Below are positions 45,150-53,950 of a DNA stretch of 64,000 nucleotides, piece by piece. A model generated the notes under the pieces. That model searched no databases. It saw only the letters and a list, made by a program, of their open reading frames with translations, and had not been told where the DNA came from. The translations under genes and the position numbers were made by a program. Every line of letters begins with the position of its first letter. The stretch's first letter is position 1. The stretch is from Alphaproteobacteria bacterium (GTDB lineage Bacteria > Pseudomonadota > Alphaproteobacteria > Micavibrionales > Micavibrionaceae), in the NCBI GenBank assembly GCA_022763065.1, contig JALEGH010000038.1:5476-69475 (forward strand). The letters are read 5' to 3'.

Positions 45150-45563
45150 ATGACAGATATGTTTGATGCGATGACGATTTCTTCCTACGGCATGCGCGCC
45201 CAAGGGGAGCGCACGCGGATTATCTCGGAAAATATTGCCAATGCGAACACGGCAGCCCTGACACCCGAAGGGGAGCCCTTCGCGCGTAAAGTGATTACGT
45301 TTGAAAATGAAATGGACCGGAGTCGTGGTCACAGGGTGGTGAAGGTTGAAGATATCACTGACGACCGGCGCGGCGAATTTCCGCTTAAATATATGCCTGA
45401 TCATCCGGGCGCGAATGAGGCAGGCTATGTGAAAATGCCCAATGTGAATTTACTGATTGAAATGAATGACATGCGCGAGGCGCAAAGAAGTTATGAAGCC
45501 AATTTAGGCATGATCGAACAATCACGCAGCATGACGCTCAGAACAATTGATTTGTTACGTTAA
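45150..45563 (+). CDS. flgC: proximal rod protein FlgC
   Basis: ...ISSYGMRAQGERTRIISENIANANT and the C-terminal ...MREAQRSYEANL. Confidence 0.95.
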   Translation: MTDMFDAMTISSYGMRAQGERTRIISENIANANTAALTPEGEPFARKVITFENEMDRSRGHRVVKVEDITDDRRGEFPLKYMPDHPGANEAGYVKMPNVNLLIEMNDMREAQRSYEANLGMIEQSRSMTLRTIDLLR

Positions 45564-45606
45564 GGCTATTTTTGTGCTACAATGGGTGCGTATAAAGGAA
45601 AGAAAC

Positions 45607-45918
45607 ATGGTTGATAAAATAGTGAACCCCGCCGCGATTAACGCTTACGCCAATACATCAAAGGCCGCCAATGTGGCGGGCTTGAACGCACCGCAAAAAG
45701 GGGAGAGCTTTGGCGATATTCTTAAAAGCACAGCGATGAGAACGCTGGACACTTTGCGCGGTGGAGAGGTTGCTTCGGCCAAGGCCGTATCGGGTGAGGC
45801 ATCATTGCCTGAGGTCGTACAAGCCATCACGGCAGCGGAAGTGACGCTTCAAACTGTCGTAGCCGTGCGTGACCGTTTGGTTGGTGCGTATCAGGAAATC
45901 ATGCGCATGCCGGTTTAG
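45607..45918 (+). CDS. fliE: hook-basal body complex protein FliE
   Basis: The C-terminal ...AEVTLQTVVAVRDRLVGAYQEIMRMPV. The ATG at 45607 (MVDKIV) is preferred. The ORF track starts at 45547. Confidence 0.85.
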   Translation: MVDKIVNPAAINAYANTSKAANVAGLNAPQKGESFGDILKSTAMRTLDTLRGGEVASAKAVSGEASLPEVVQAITAAEVTLQTVVAVRDRLVGAYQEIMRMPV

Positions 45919-46433
45919 GGCGCTTTCTCTTCCATATCATTATATGGCCAGTCTTTGGGATTTTCGTGAGACAGGAGGATTTCAAGGATTTTTTTGCCTG
46001 TGGCTTGTTGCAAACGTTTGCGTTCAAAAAGAATCGTATCCTCATCGTCGCTGGGTAATGGAATATGGGTTATTTTTCGTCTTTTTTCGCTTGGAAATGG
46101 TGATTCAATATCAAACCGAATTCCTTTAGCTTCTTGATAATCCTGAATCGAAAGTACAGCCAAAGGATTTTCAAAATAATTAGAAAAAGTGCTTTGGTAA
46201 ATGCTCCAGCCAATTTTTTCACAAAATTCATAGTTATCCAGAATTTCGGAGAATGTTAATTCGGGTAGGTTTTTGTGAGTATAAATTAAACGATTTTTTC
46301 GCCAATAATGGGGTTCCTGTTCAATTTGCAAAACAGGCTCCCCATCATAATATTACAAAGAGAGAATCAGCGTCTCTTTGCCGCTCAATTCATATCCGGG
46401 TTGTTGCTCAATCAATTCTGTAATGGTCCCCAT
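45915..46433 (-). pseudogene. nonsense-disrupted paralog of the 46904..47401 immunity-like gene
   Basis: From the ATG at 46433 it reads MGTITELIEQQPGYELSGKETLILSL, then a TAA at 46355..46353 where the intact paralog has Gln (SLQYYDG), then YYDGEPVLQIEQEPHYWRK... The termini are conserved and the middle is divergent. Confidence 0.75.
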
Positions 46434-46870
46434 TTTTCCTTGATTTCTTTGCTCTCTAACTCAAATAGGTGTCCCAGAACACGTTTGCCGATTTGGTAGC
46501 ATAGCTTTTCATCGGAGTGCCATTCAACGTCGTTTGGGAGAGGTATTGTATCAATTAATTGACGTTGGCGAGTTGGATCGTATTCTTCTTCATCTTGGCA
46601 TATTGCAGAGAAGTTTGTTTCATCCAAAATGTATATAAGAGAAGAGTTTTGAAATTTACTTTTGAATCGTTTTAATAGTAAAAAAAGCCAAAAGCCAATA
46701 CCAAAAATAAATTCACATATTTCATCTTCTGCATCGCCTAAACTATTAATGTTACTACTACTGAGTGGACAAGCTCTCTTAAAATTTTCAGCCTCAATAA
46801 TAAGTGATACTTCATCATCTTTTTTTGAAGATGAATTGTAAGCATCCTTTGTGGTGGTTTTTTTATTTCT
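46412..46870 (-). pseudogene. start-less, diverged third paralog of the immunity-like family
   Basis: A 152-codon open frame with no ATG/GTG/TTG before the TTG at 46627. The C-terminal ...IDTIPLPNDVEWHSDEKLCYQIGKRVLGHLFELESKEIKEKW aligns with ...ITHIPLPSDDKDTILHESNRLLHATGKKVLEILLSHENPKDW of 46904..47401. It shows the same 22-nt overlap with the next start as seen at the effector/immunity junction. Confidence 0.5.
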
Positions 46871-46903
46871 TTAGGTCTTCCCATTCATTCCTCGGTTTCC
46901 CGG

Positions 46904-47401
46904 CTAGGCATTGTTGTACGGCCAATCTTTAGGATTTTCGTGAGATAGGAGGATTTCAAGGACTTTTTTGCCGGTAGCATGAAGCAGGCGGTTACTCTCG
47001 TGCAGGATGGTGTCTTTATCATCGCTGGGGAGAGGAATATGGGTTATTTTGCGTCTTTTTTCGCTTGGAAATGGTCGTTCAGCGTCAAATCGAATGCCTT
47101 TTTCTTGTTCATAATCTTGAATTGAGAGTAAGTTCAGTTGATTGGTGAAATAAGGGATAGTAATGCCTAGGTAAATGCTCCATCCAATATCCCAGCAAAA
47201 CTGATAATCATCTAAAGTATGAGAAAAAGTTTTTTCAGGAAAGGCCCGATGAGTGACAAAGAGGCGGTGCTTTCGCCAATAATGGGGTTCCTGTTCAATT
47301 TGTAAAACAGGCTCCCCATCATAATATTGCAGAGACAAAAGAAGCATTTCTTTACCGCTATAATCTAGAGTATTTTGTTCTAATCTCTCAAAGGTCCCCA
47401 T
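46904..47401 (-). CDS. candidate immunity protein (intact copy of a three-member tandem family)
   Basis: The ATG at 47401 (MGTFERLEQ...) overlaps the stop of the upstream effector by 22 nt. 165 aa, cytoplasmic. There are two decayed paralogs downstream. Confidence 0.55.
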   Translation of the reverse strand: MGTFERLEQNTLDYSGKEMLLLSLQYYDGEPVLQIEQEPHYWRKHRLFVTHRAFPEKTFSHTLDDYQFCWDIGWSIYLGITIPYFTNQLNLLSIQDYEQEKGIRFDAERPFPSEKRRKITHIPLPSDDKDTILHESNRLLHATGKKVLEILLSHENPKDWPYNNA

Positions 47402-48003
47402 TGATCCTCCGGTTTTCCTGCTCGGCAATTGCCGTAACGGTTAGAAGCTGATGCATGACAGATAGCACCAGCTCTTTTGCCTCGAGTATTTGTTGTTTCA
47501 TTGCACCGTTTTGTTTCACTTTCATAAATAGCATCACAATCAGGGCCTTGATTGTCAAGCTCTTTGTTCTTGTTTTGTGCTCCATTTTTGTGGCGGTCTT
47601 CTATCCATTTTTGCATGGACATCGCTGTGATCCCGGCAAGGGGCAAAAGGCGTGCGCCCAAGGCAGTTGCGGCGGCGGCACCGGCACCACCACCGGCCAT
47701 TTTTATATTTTCTTCTTCCTTTCGCTCTCTTTCTTTCTCCTTTTCTTTGACTTTTTTGTTCAATGTGCGTTCCGTCTCACCACCCGGATTCATAAATCCA
47801 TCGGGTTTGAGCTTTTCTTTCCGCTGGAAGCCCCATATGGCATCGTCCAGCTCCCGATCGATGTAGCCATTGTTAATCTCGTCATTATAACGGCCAATGG
47901 TTTTGAATTTTTTCTTTGTTCGGATGACGTCATCCGGGTCATTTTCCATGTTGTTGCCGACGGATTTGGAAATAGGTTTGAATAGATCATCAAAAAAGCT
48001 CAT
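47380..48003 (-). CDS. PG_binding-like-domain protein with a Gly/Ala-rich hydrophobic segment and a 4-Cys C-terminal module (candidate toxin/effector)
   Basis: It starts at the ATG at 48003 (MSFFDDLF...). aa 25-82 (DVIRTKKKFKTIGRYNDEINNGYIDRELDDAIWGFQRKEKLKPDGFMNPGGETERTL) align with aa 39-99 of the island-1 effector. After a KE-rich linker comes MAGGGAGAAAATALGARLLPLAGITAM, then C-x10-C-x14-C-x10-C. The 5' 119 codons of the ORF-track entry are antisense to fliQ and are rejected. Confidence 0.65.
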   Translation of the reverse strand: MSFFDDLFKPISKSVGNNMENDPDDVIRTKKKFKTIGRYNDEINNGYIDRELDDAIWGFQRKEKLKPDGFMNPGGETERTLNKKVKEKEKERERKEEENIKMAGGGAGAAAATALGARLLPLAGITAMSMQKWIEDRHKNGAQNKNKELDNQGPDCDAIYESETKRCNETTNTRGKRAGAICHASASNRYGNCRAGKPEDQWGPLRD

Positions 48004-48043
48004 GTCATTTATTCCTTTCTGGTTCGTGTTTTGTTTTGCGCAT

Positions 48044-48071
48044 AAAAAAACCGCCCTGATGAAGGCGGTTT
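48044..48071 (-). terminator. terminator-like leader hairpin plus T7 run between the promoter and the island-2 effector start
   Basis: The minus strand reads AAACCGCCttcatcagGGCGGTTTTTTT. The 3' half (ATCAGGG..GCGGTTTTTTT) resembles the island-1 leader. A second small hairpin, AAATGCGtccGCATTT, lies just upstream. Confidence 0.5.
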
Positions 48072-48109
48072 GGTGAAATGCGGACGCATTTGGGGTGTTA
48101 TTGAATATG

Positions 48110-48138
48110 AATATATTCCTAAAATTCGCTTTTGTCAA
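48110..48138 (-). promoter_or_regulatory. consensus sigma-70 promoter (TTGACA-N17-TATATT) of the island-2 effector
   Basis: The minus strand has TTGACA (48138..48133), a 17-nt spacer and TATATT (48115..48110), within an AGGAATATATTCATATT box (compare AGGATTATATTCCTATT at 3671-3687). Confidence 0.55.
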
Positions 48139-48187
48139 GTGATATCTCTTCTTGTCGGAAAGGAGGCTGGGCGGTACAATTACCTTT

Positions 48188-48454
48188 ATGAACCAGAACG
48201 AGATCATTGATATTGCCCGTGAAGCTATCCTTCTGATCATCCAAATCGGTATGCCGGTGATGGTTGTGGGGCTTGTGGTCGGGGTGGCGATTGCGCTGGT
48301 GCAGGCGTTGACGCAGGTGCAGGAAATTACGCTCGTTTTCGTACCCAAAATCCTTTCCATCTTTCTGGCGATTTTTATTTTTCTGCCCGGTTTTGCGGCG
48401 ATTATGATTTCCTTTATGGATTCAATCGCCGATAAAATAATTGGTATCGGGTAA
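48188..48454 (+). CDS. fliQ: flagellar export apparatus protein FliQ
   Basis: 88 aa from the ATG at 48188 (MNQNEIIDIAREAI...), with two TM segments typical of FliQ. Confidence 0.9.
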   Translation: MNQNEIIDIAREAILLIIQIGMPVMVVGLVVGVAIALVQALTQVQEITLVFVPKILSIFLAIFIFLPGFAAIMISFMDSIADKIIGIG

Positions 48455-48464
48455 GTTTATCTCA

Positions 48465-49238
48465 ATGCTTTCTATCGAAGAGTTTTTAGTCACCGGCGTT
48501 TTTGCCTTCATGCTGATTTTTATCCGCATGGGTACGGCGATGATGATTATGCCGGGGGTGGGGGATTCCTTCGTGCCGCAAAATATCCGGCTTTTTATTG
48601 CTCTTGGGATGGCGTTTGTCCTCATGCCGGTGGTACAAAAATTTGTGCCTTCTCCACTGCCGTCCTTTCCGGTTATCTTTTCGCTCTTGCTGATGGAATT
48701 TGTGGTCGGACTTTTTATCGGTACGATTGCGCGGATTTTTATGGCGGCTCTTGATGTGGCGGGTATGCTGATCTCTACCACCTCAGGTCTGGCCAACGCG
48801 CAAGTTTTTAATCCTTCCTTGGCGACGCAGGGCTCCATTACCGGTGCTTTTTTATCCGTGGTGGGGGTGACGCTTTTATTTGTGACCAATCTTCATCATT
48901 TACTGATTTATGGGTTGGTGGAGAGCTATCACCTTTTTCCTGTAGGTTCTGTGCCCGATAGCGGCTCTATGGCGCAATTAATGGTGCAGGCATTTTCTGC
49001 CAGTTTTAAAATTGGCTTTCAAATAGCCGTTCCCTTTATTGTTGTGGCGCTTTTGCTTTATATCGGGATGGGAGTTTTGTCGCGCCTGATGCCGCAGGTG
49101 CAGGTCTTTATTTTGGCGCTGCCAGTACAAATTATGCTCTCCATGCTAACCATGTCGATTGTATTGTCGAGTGCGATGCTCTTTTGGCTCAGCCGTTTTG
49201 AAGAGGGAATGGTCTTTTTCTTGAGTAATGGGGGCTAA
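48465..49238 (+). CDS. fliR: flagellar export apparatus protein FliR
   Basis: Polytopic membrane protein after fliQ with MLSIEEFLVTGVFAFMLIFIRMG at the N-terminus. The ORF track starts at a TTG at 48441. Confidence 0.9.
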   Translation: MLSIEEFLVTGVFAFMLIFIRMGTAMMIMPGVGDSFVPQNIRLFIALGMAFVLMPVVQKFVPSPLPSFPVIFSLLLMEFVVGLFIGTIARIFMAALDVAGMLISTTSGLANAQVFNPSLATQGSITGAFLSVVGVTLLFVTNLHHLLIYGLVESYHLFPVGSVPDSGSMAQLMVQAFSASFKIGFQIAVPFIVVALLLYIGMGVLSRLMPQVQVFILALPVQIMLSMLTMSIVLSSAMLFWLSRFEEGMVFFLSNGG

Positions 49239-49266
49239 AGCGGAGCTTTTGTGATAAAATAGAGCT

Positions 49267-50355
49267 ATGGCCGAAGAAAACCAAAGCGACGATTCCCAGA
49301 AAACCGAAGAACCCACCCCGAAAAAGATCGAGGAAAGCCGTAAAAAAGGGCAGGTGGCCCTTAGTCGGGAGATCAATAACTGGGTGATGCTCTTAACGGG
49401 AACAATTGTTGTGCTGGCTATTGGGCCGGGCACGCTTTCGAATCTAAGTGCTCACATGCAAAATTATATCGCCAAAGCGCACTTGTTGCCTTCTGCGCCG
49501 CACGGTGTGGGTATGGTTTTGGGGGAGAGTTTTTGGTCGGTGCTCGGGTTTTTGATTTTGCCGCTTTTGGTGCTTATCGGGGCTGCTTTTTTAGGACCTT
49601 TTTTACAAGTGGGCCCCTTATTTGCGCCGGAGGTGATTAAGCCTGATTTAAGTAAAATTTCACCGCTTAAAGGCTTTCAACGCCTTTTTTCGATGCGCTC
49701 CATCATGGAGTTTGTCAAAGGGATCTTAAAAATCGGGATTATTGGGGTGGTTGGGGTAATTTTGCTTTATCCTTTTTATGGCACGATTGACCATATGATT
49801 GGTTTACCCTTGCCAACTATGCTAGATGAGCTGCAAGGGCTTGTTATTCGCTTGATGGCGGGCATTTTGGTGGTGCTGCTGGTCGTGGCGGTGATTGATC
49901 TGGTTTATCAGCGATATGAGCATTACAAGAAAATGCGCATGACCAAGCAGGAGCTCAAAGATGAATATAAGCAAACTGAGGGAGATCCGCATGTGCGCGC
50001 CAAACTGAAACAGTTGCGTCAGGAAAAGGCAAGGCAGCGCATGATGCAAGCCGTACCGGAAGCCGATGTGGTCATTACAAACCCGACGCATTATTCCATT
50101 GCGCTTAAATATGATCCGGAAGAAATGGATGCTCCCGTTCTTGTTGCGAAAGGATTGGATGATCTGGCCATGCGGATCAGGGAAGTGGCCAAGGAAAATG
50201 ATATTCCGCTTTATGAGAACAAGCCGCTTGCCCGTGCGCTTTATGATACGGTTGAGCTGGATGATGTGATCCCGACCGAGCATTATCAGGCCGTCGCCGA
50301 AGTGATTTCCTACGTCTTTCAACTTAAAGGTAAGCTGCATCCTGCTTCAGGTTAG
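49267..50355 (+). CDS. flhB: flagellar export switch protein FlhB
   Basis: N-terminal ...QKTEEPTPKKIEESRKKGQV and the NPTH autocleavage motif (VVITNPTHYSIAL). Confidence 0.95.
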   Translation: MAEENQSDDSQKTEEPTPKKIEESRKKGQVALSREINNWVMLLTGTIVVLAIGPGTLSNLSAHMQNYIAKAHLLPSAPHGVGMVLGESFWSVLGFLILPLLVLIGAAFLGPFLQVGPLFAPEVIKPDLSKISPLKGFQRLFSMRSIMEFVKGILKIGIIGVVGVILLYPFYGTIDHMIGLPLPTMLDELQGLVIRLMAGILVVLLVVAVIDLVYQRYEHYKKMRMTKQELKDEYKQTEGDPHVRAKLKQLRQEKARQRMMQAVPEADVVITNPTHYSIALKYDPEEMDAPVLVAKGLDDLAMRIREVAKENDIPLYENKPLARALYDTVELDDVIPTEHYQAVAEVISYVFQLKGKLHPASG

Positions 50356-50436
50356 GCCCTGGGCTTAAGGCCCGGAGTTTTGAAAAATTATCATGGTTTT
50401 GGTAGGTATAAACGTCTGGTCAAGGTGGCATGATCT

Positions 50437-52980
50437 ATGGCAAAATGGGTCGCTATGAGCGTTGATCTTGACCATACCCAATTCATCGAAAGCCAAAAAA
50501 AAGCCTTGGACCCGCCGGAGGACATGCATTCTTTCCGGCGGAATTTGTTCATCGCAATATTTTTTATCCTTTTTTACGTTCTGGCCTGTGTCGCGGTGGC
50601 TGTTGCGACGGGAGGGGATAAGGTTAGCTTTGTGCTGGCAGGTCTTCTTTTCATTATTGCCGGTATTTTGGCGTTTTGGTTCCAAAAATGTTTTCGTGGC
50701 CGTAAAAAAAATGAAAAAGAGCTTTATCTGATCCGTGAGGTGCTGGAAGGGAGTCGCGGTGCGCGGCTGATTACGGATGGCGCCGATAACGCTGTCTACT
50801 ATAATGAAAAATTCAGGGTGCTGTGTGAGGGGACGGGCGAAACCACGCTGGATGGGTTGTCGCAGCTTTTTATCAATGATGCGCAGGCCTATAACCTCTT
50901 TCAAAATCTGGCAGAAAAGGCGCAAAAAGGACTTACCGACTCGCTTGAGCTTTGTTCCGGAACGGGAGCAACGGAGCGTTGGTTTCAGGTCACGGCTCAA
51001 CCTGTTTCGGGATGGGCGGGATATGTTCACTGGCGTATTGATGATGTGACCAATCAGCGGGATCTGGATCGCTCCGTGCGGGCGGAACGTGCCAAGCTCA
51101 TTGATTTTACGGACAATGCGCCTGTGGGGTTTTTCTCTGTTGATGAGGAGGGACGCTTTATTTTTGTCAATGCGACACTCGCCAGATGGCTTGGCAATGA
51201 TATTCAAAGCCTGCTTAGTCATGAATATCTGCACACTTATTTGGATACACCACCGGTAAATGCCGCGCCTTATGATATTATTGAAGGCGGCGGGGTCAGG
51301 CAGTTGGCTGAAGTTCAGATGAAAGGACCGGGAGGCAAGACATTTTTGGCGAGCGTCAATCAGGCCGTGGTGCAAGAAGATGAAGGACGCGTGCGCACAA
51401 GGGGTGTGGTTTATGATCTGACATCCGAGCGGGAGATGAGGAAGGCTCTTAAGGCTTCGGAAGACCGGTTCCAACGGTTCTTTGATGAGGCGCCCGTAGG
51501 TGTCGTTCTTGTAGATTCGGGGGGGCAGATCGAAGATTGTAATATGGCGTTTGCCAATATTTTGGGAAAGCAGCCCAAAGATATTGAAAAACATCATTTA
51601 AAGGACTTTTTGGCGGAAAATGACCGGGAGCCGATTGTTGCGGCTGTTGGCGGGATGGAGCAGGGAAAACGCTTGCCAGCCCCGATGGAGATTGGATTGA
51701 TTGCCGGAAACGGTAAAAAAATGGTGGTAAGTATGCATGCAAGGCGCTTTACCAATAGTGACAATATCGTGCTTCACTTCATTGATTTGACAGGTCAAAA
51801 AGAGCTGGAGGTCCAATTTGTCCAGTCGCAAAAAATGCAGGCCATTGGGCAACTGGCCGGTGGGATCGCGCACGACTTTAATAATCTGCTTACGGCCATC
51901 ATCGGCTTTTGTGATTTGCTCTTATTGCGTCATAAGCCGGGTGACCCATCATTCGGCGATATCATGCAGATCAAACAAAACTCCAACCGAGCGGCCAATC
52001 TGGTGCGTCAGCTTTTGGCATTTTCGCGTCAGCAAACCTTGCGTCCGCGTATCCATGATGTGGGAGAAATTCTGACCGAGCTATCTTACCTCATGCGTCG
52101 CTTGATCGGAACGAATATCGAGCTTGAGGTTATTCATGGTTCGAATTTGGGGCTTGTAAAAATTGATGTTGGCCAGATGGAGCAGGTTCTTATTAATCTG
52201 GCTGTGAATGCGCGTGATGCGATTGAAGAGGTTAGTGGTGAGAATAGCGGTAAGCTGACCATCACGACCGATAATTTTGAAAATGATCAAAATATAAAAT
52301 GTTGTGAGGATGATATGCCGCCGGGACAATGGGTTTCGATTGCGGTCAGTGATACGGGGTGCGGTATTTCACCGGAAAATCTGGCCCGCGTGTTGGAGCC
52401 GTTTTTTACCACCAAAGATGTGGGGCAGGGAACGGGCTTGGGGCTGGCGACTGTCTATGGGATTATCCGGCAAACGGGCGGGTATCTTCATGTGGATAGT
52501 GAAATCGGTAAAGGTACGACATTTACGATTTATCTCCCGCGTTTGAGCGAAGAAGAAATCAAAGAAGGTCAGACAGAAGACCAAAAAGACAGTGAGGAAG
52601 TAAGTGGTGATTTGACCGGCACAGCCACAATTCTTTTGGTCGAAGATGAAGACGCGGTCAGGACATTTAGTACCCGTGCGCTGACGAATAAGGGCTATGA
52701 GGTGCTTTCTGCTGAAAACGGTCAGGCGGCGGTAAATCTGCTGGAGGAAAATGATACGCCGATTGATTTGCTCATTACCGATGTCATGATGCCGGATATG
52801 GACGGGCCGACCTTGGCCAAACATATGCGTGAGAACAACCCGAAGCTCAAAATCATTTTCATTTCCGGCTATACGGAAGAAAAGCTCAAAGATCATATGG
52901 GGGACAATATTTACTTCCTGCCTAAACCTTTCACACTCAAAAAATTAGCTTCAAAGGTTAAAGAAGCCTTAGAGGAGTAG
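50437..52980 (+). CDS. cckA: hybrid sensor histidine kinase/response regulator with PAS domains (CckA-like)
   Basis: Two N-terminal TM segments, PAS-like repeats, H-box [16 protein letters not shown]-boxes DTGCG and GTGLGL, and a C-terminal receiver ([14 protein letters not shown]). This architecture and H-box resemble CckA. Confidence 0.6.
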   Translation: MAKWVAMSVDLDHTQFIESQKKALDPPEDMHSFRRNLFIAIFFILFYVLACVAVAVATGGDKVSFVLAGLLFIIAGILAFWFQKCFRGRKKNEKELYLIREVLEGSRGARLITDGADNAVYYNEKFRVLCEGTGETTLDGLSQLFINDAQAYNLFQNLAEKAQKGLTDSLELCSGTGATERWFQVTAQPVSGWAGYVHWRIDDVTNQRDLDRSVRAERAKLIDFTDNAPVGFFSVDEEGRFIFVNATLARWLGNDIQSLLSHEYLHTYLDTPPVNAAPYDIIEGGGVRQLAEVQMKGPGGKTFLASVNQAVVQEDEGRVRTRGVVYDLTSEREMRKALKASEDRFQRFFDEAPVGVVLVDSGGQIEDCNMAFANILGKQPKDIEKHHLKDFLAENDREPIVAAVGGMEQGKRLPAPMEIGLIAGNGKKMVVSMHARRFTNSDNIVLHFIDLTGQKELEVQFVQSQKMQAIGQLAGGIAHDFNNLLTAIIGFCDLLLLRHKPGDPSFGDIMQIKQNSNRAANLVRQLLAFSRQQTLRPRIHDVGEILTELSYLMRRLIGTNIELEVIHGSNLGLVKIDVGQMEQVLINLAVNARDAIEEVSGENSGKLTITTDNFENDQNIKCCEDDMPPGQWVSIAVSDTGCGISPENLARVLEPFFTTKDVGQGTGLGLATVYGIIRQTGGYLHVDSEIGKGTTFTIYLPRLSEEEIKEGQTEDQKDSEEVSGDLTGTATILLVEDEDAVRTFSTRALTNKGYEVLSAENGQAAVNLLEENDTPIDLLITDVMMPDMDGPTLAKHMRENNPKLKIIFISGYTEEKLKDHMGDNIYFLPKPFTLKKLASKVKEALEE

Positions 52981-52984
52981 TTTT

Positions 52985-53947
52985 GTGAAACAAGTAGAGA
53001 TACATATCCTTAAAGAAAAATTATTCAATTTTTTGATGCAATATTTTGATGAGAAAGCTGTGCAGGATTGTGTGGATGTTATCTTATATGCGGAACTCTG
53101 CAATAAAACCGGGCAGGGTTTGTTGAAGCTTTTAGGAACGGAACCTTTGCAGGGCATAAAACCGGAAAAATCTGTTGAGATTTTTGAACGTACAAAACTA
53201 TCAGCTCTCATTTCAGGCAATAAAAATCCCAGCTTTCATATTGCTCAAACGGCAATGCGACTTTGTATTGATAAAGCCAAAGAATATGGGTTTGGTATTG
53301 TTGGTGCGAACGGAATTTTTAGTAGTACAGGAGCGCTAGGGTTTTATGCAGAGAAGGCCGCACAGGAAGGTCTAATAGCCTATGCTTGCGCTCGTTCGCC
53401 GGGGGCAACTGCTCCTTTTGGTTTAAGTGCGCCTTTATTTGGTACAAACCCTTTTTCATGGGCTTTTCCCACTTTGGAGGAACCTGTTGTCTTTGACATG
53501 GCGACTTCGGCCATTACATTTTATGAACTGGTTTTGGCAAAAATGGCGGGGAAAAAGATTCCTGAAGATGTCGCTATCGACCGCGAGGGAGAAATAACGA
53601 CTGACCCAAGTGAGGCTATGAAGGGAGGGATTTTGCCTTTTGATAAGGGGTATAAAGGGTCGGCACTTTCTATGATGGTAGAAACATTAAGCGGCCCTTT
53701 GGTCGGTGCATCATATTGTGATTATGAAACCTTTGACAAAGATTGGGGGTTTTTAGTTTTTGCTTTCGATCCAGAATTGCTGATAGATGCACAAAAATTC
53801 AGGAAAGAGGCGGATAATCTTGTGACGATCATCCGTCAAAATGGAGGCGTTGTCCCGGGGGATAATAGTCGTCAGTATGAAAAAGCTGCCCGACATTCGG
53901 GAAATATCACGGTTGAGAAATCTGCAGCTGAGTTATTGGGATTATAA
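52985..53947 (+). CDS. Ldh_2-family (malate/L-lactate dehydrogenase-like) oxidoreductase
   Basis: ...LPFDKGYKGSALSMMVETLSGPLVGA resembles the Ldh_2 family core. GTG start. Confidence 0.55.
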   Translation: MKQVEIHILKEKLFNFLMQYFDEKAVQDCVDVILYAELCNKTGQGLLKLLGTEPLQGIKPEKSVEIFERTKLSALISGNKNPSFHIAQTAMRLCIDKAKEYGFGIVGANGIFSSTGALGFYAEKAAQEGLIAYACARSPGATAPFGLSAPLFGTNPFSWAFPTLEEPVVFDMATSAITFYELVLAKMAGKKIPEDVAIDREGEITTDPSEAMKGGILPFDKGYKGSALSMMVETLSGPLVGASYCDYETFDKDWGFLVFAFDPELLIDAQKFRKEADNLVTIIRQNGGVVPGDNSRQYEKAARHSGNITVEKSAAELLGL

Positions 53948-53950
53948 ATC

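Noticed and set aside
48004-48360. 5' extension of the ORF-track entry 47380..48360 (first 119 codons)
   Set aside because: The extension is antisense to fliQ and runs across a consensus promoter and a terminator hairpin. The ATG at 48003 with AAAGGA upstream gives a coherent 207-aa protein.
50365-51597. 410-aa minus-strand ORF opposite the hybrid kinase gene
   Set aside because: The product is Arg/Lys/Ile/Phe-rich low-complexity sequence with no motifs. The + strand carries unmistakable PAS and histidine-kinase motifs over the same span.
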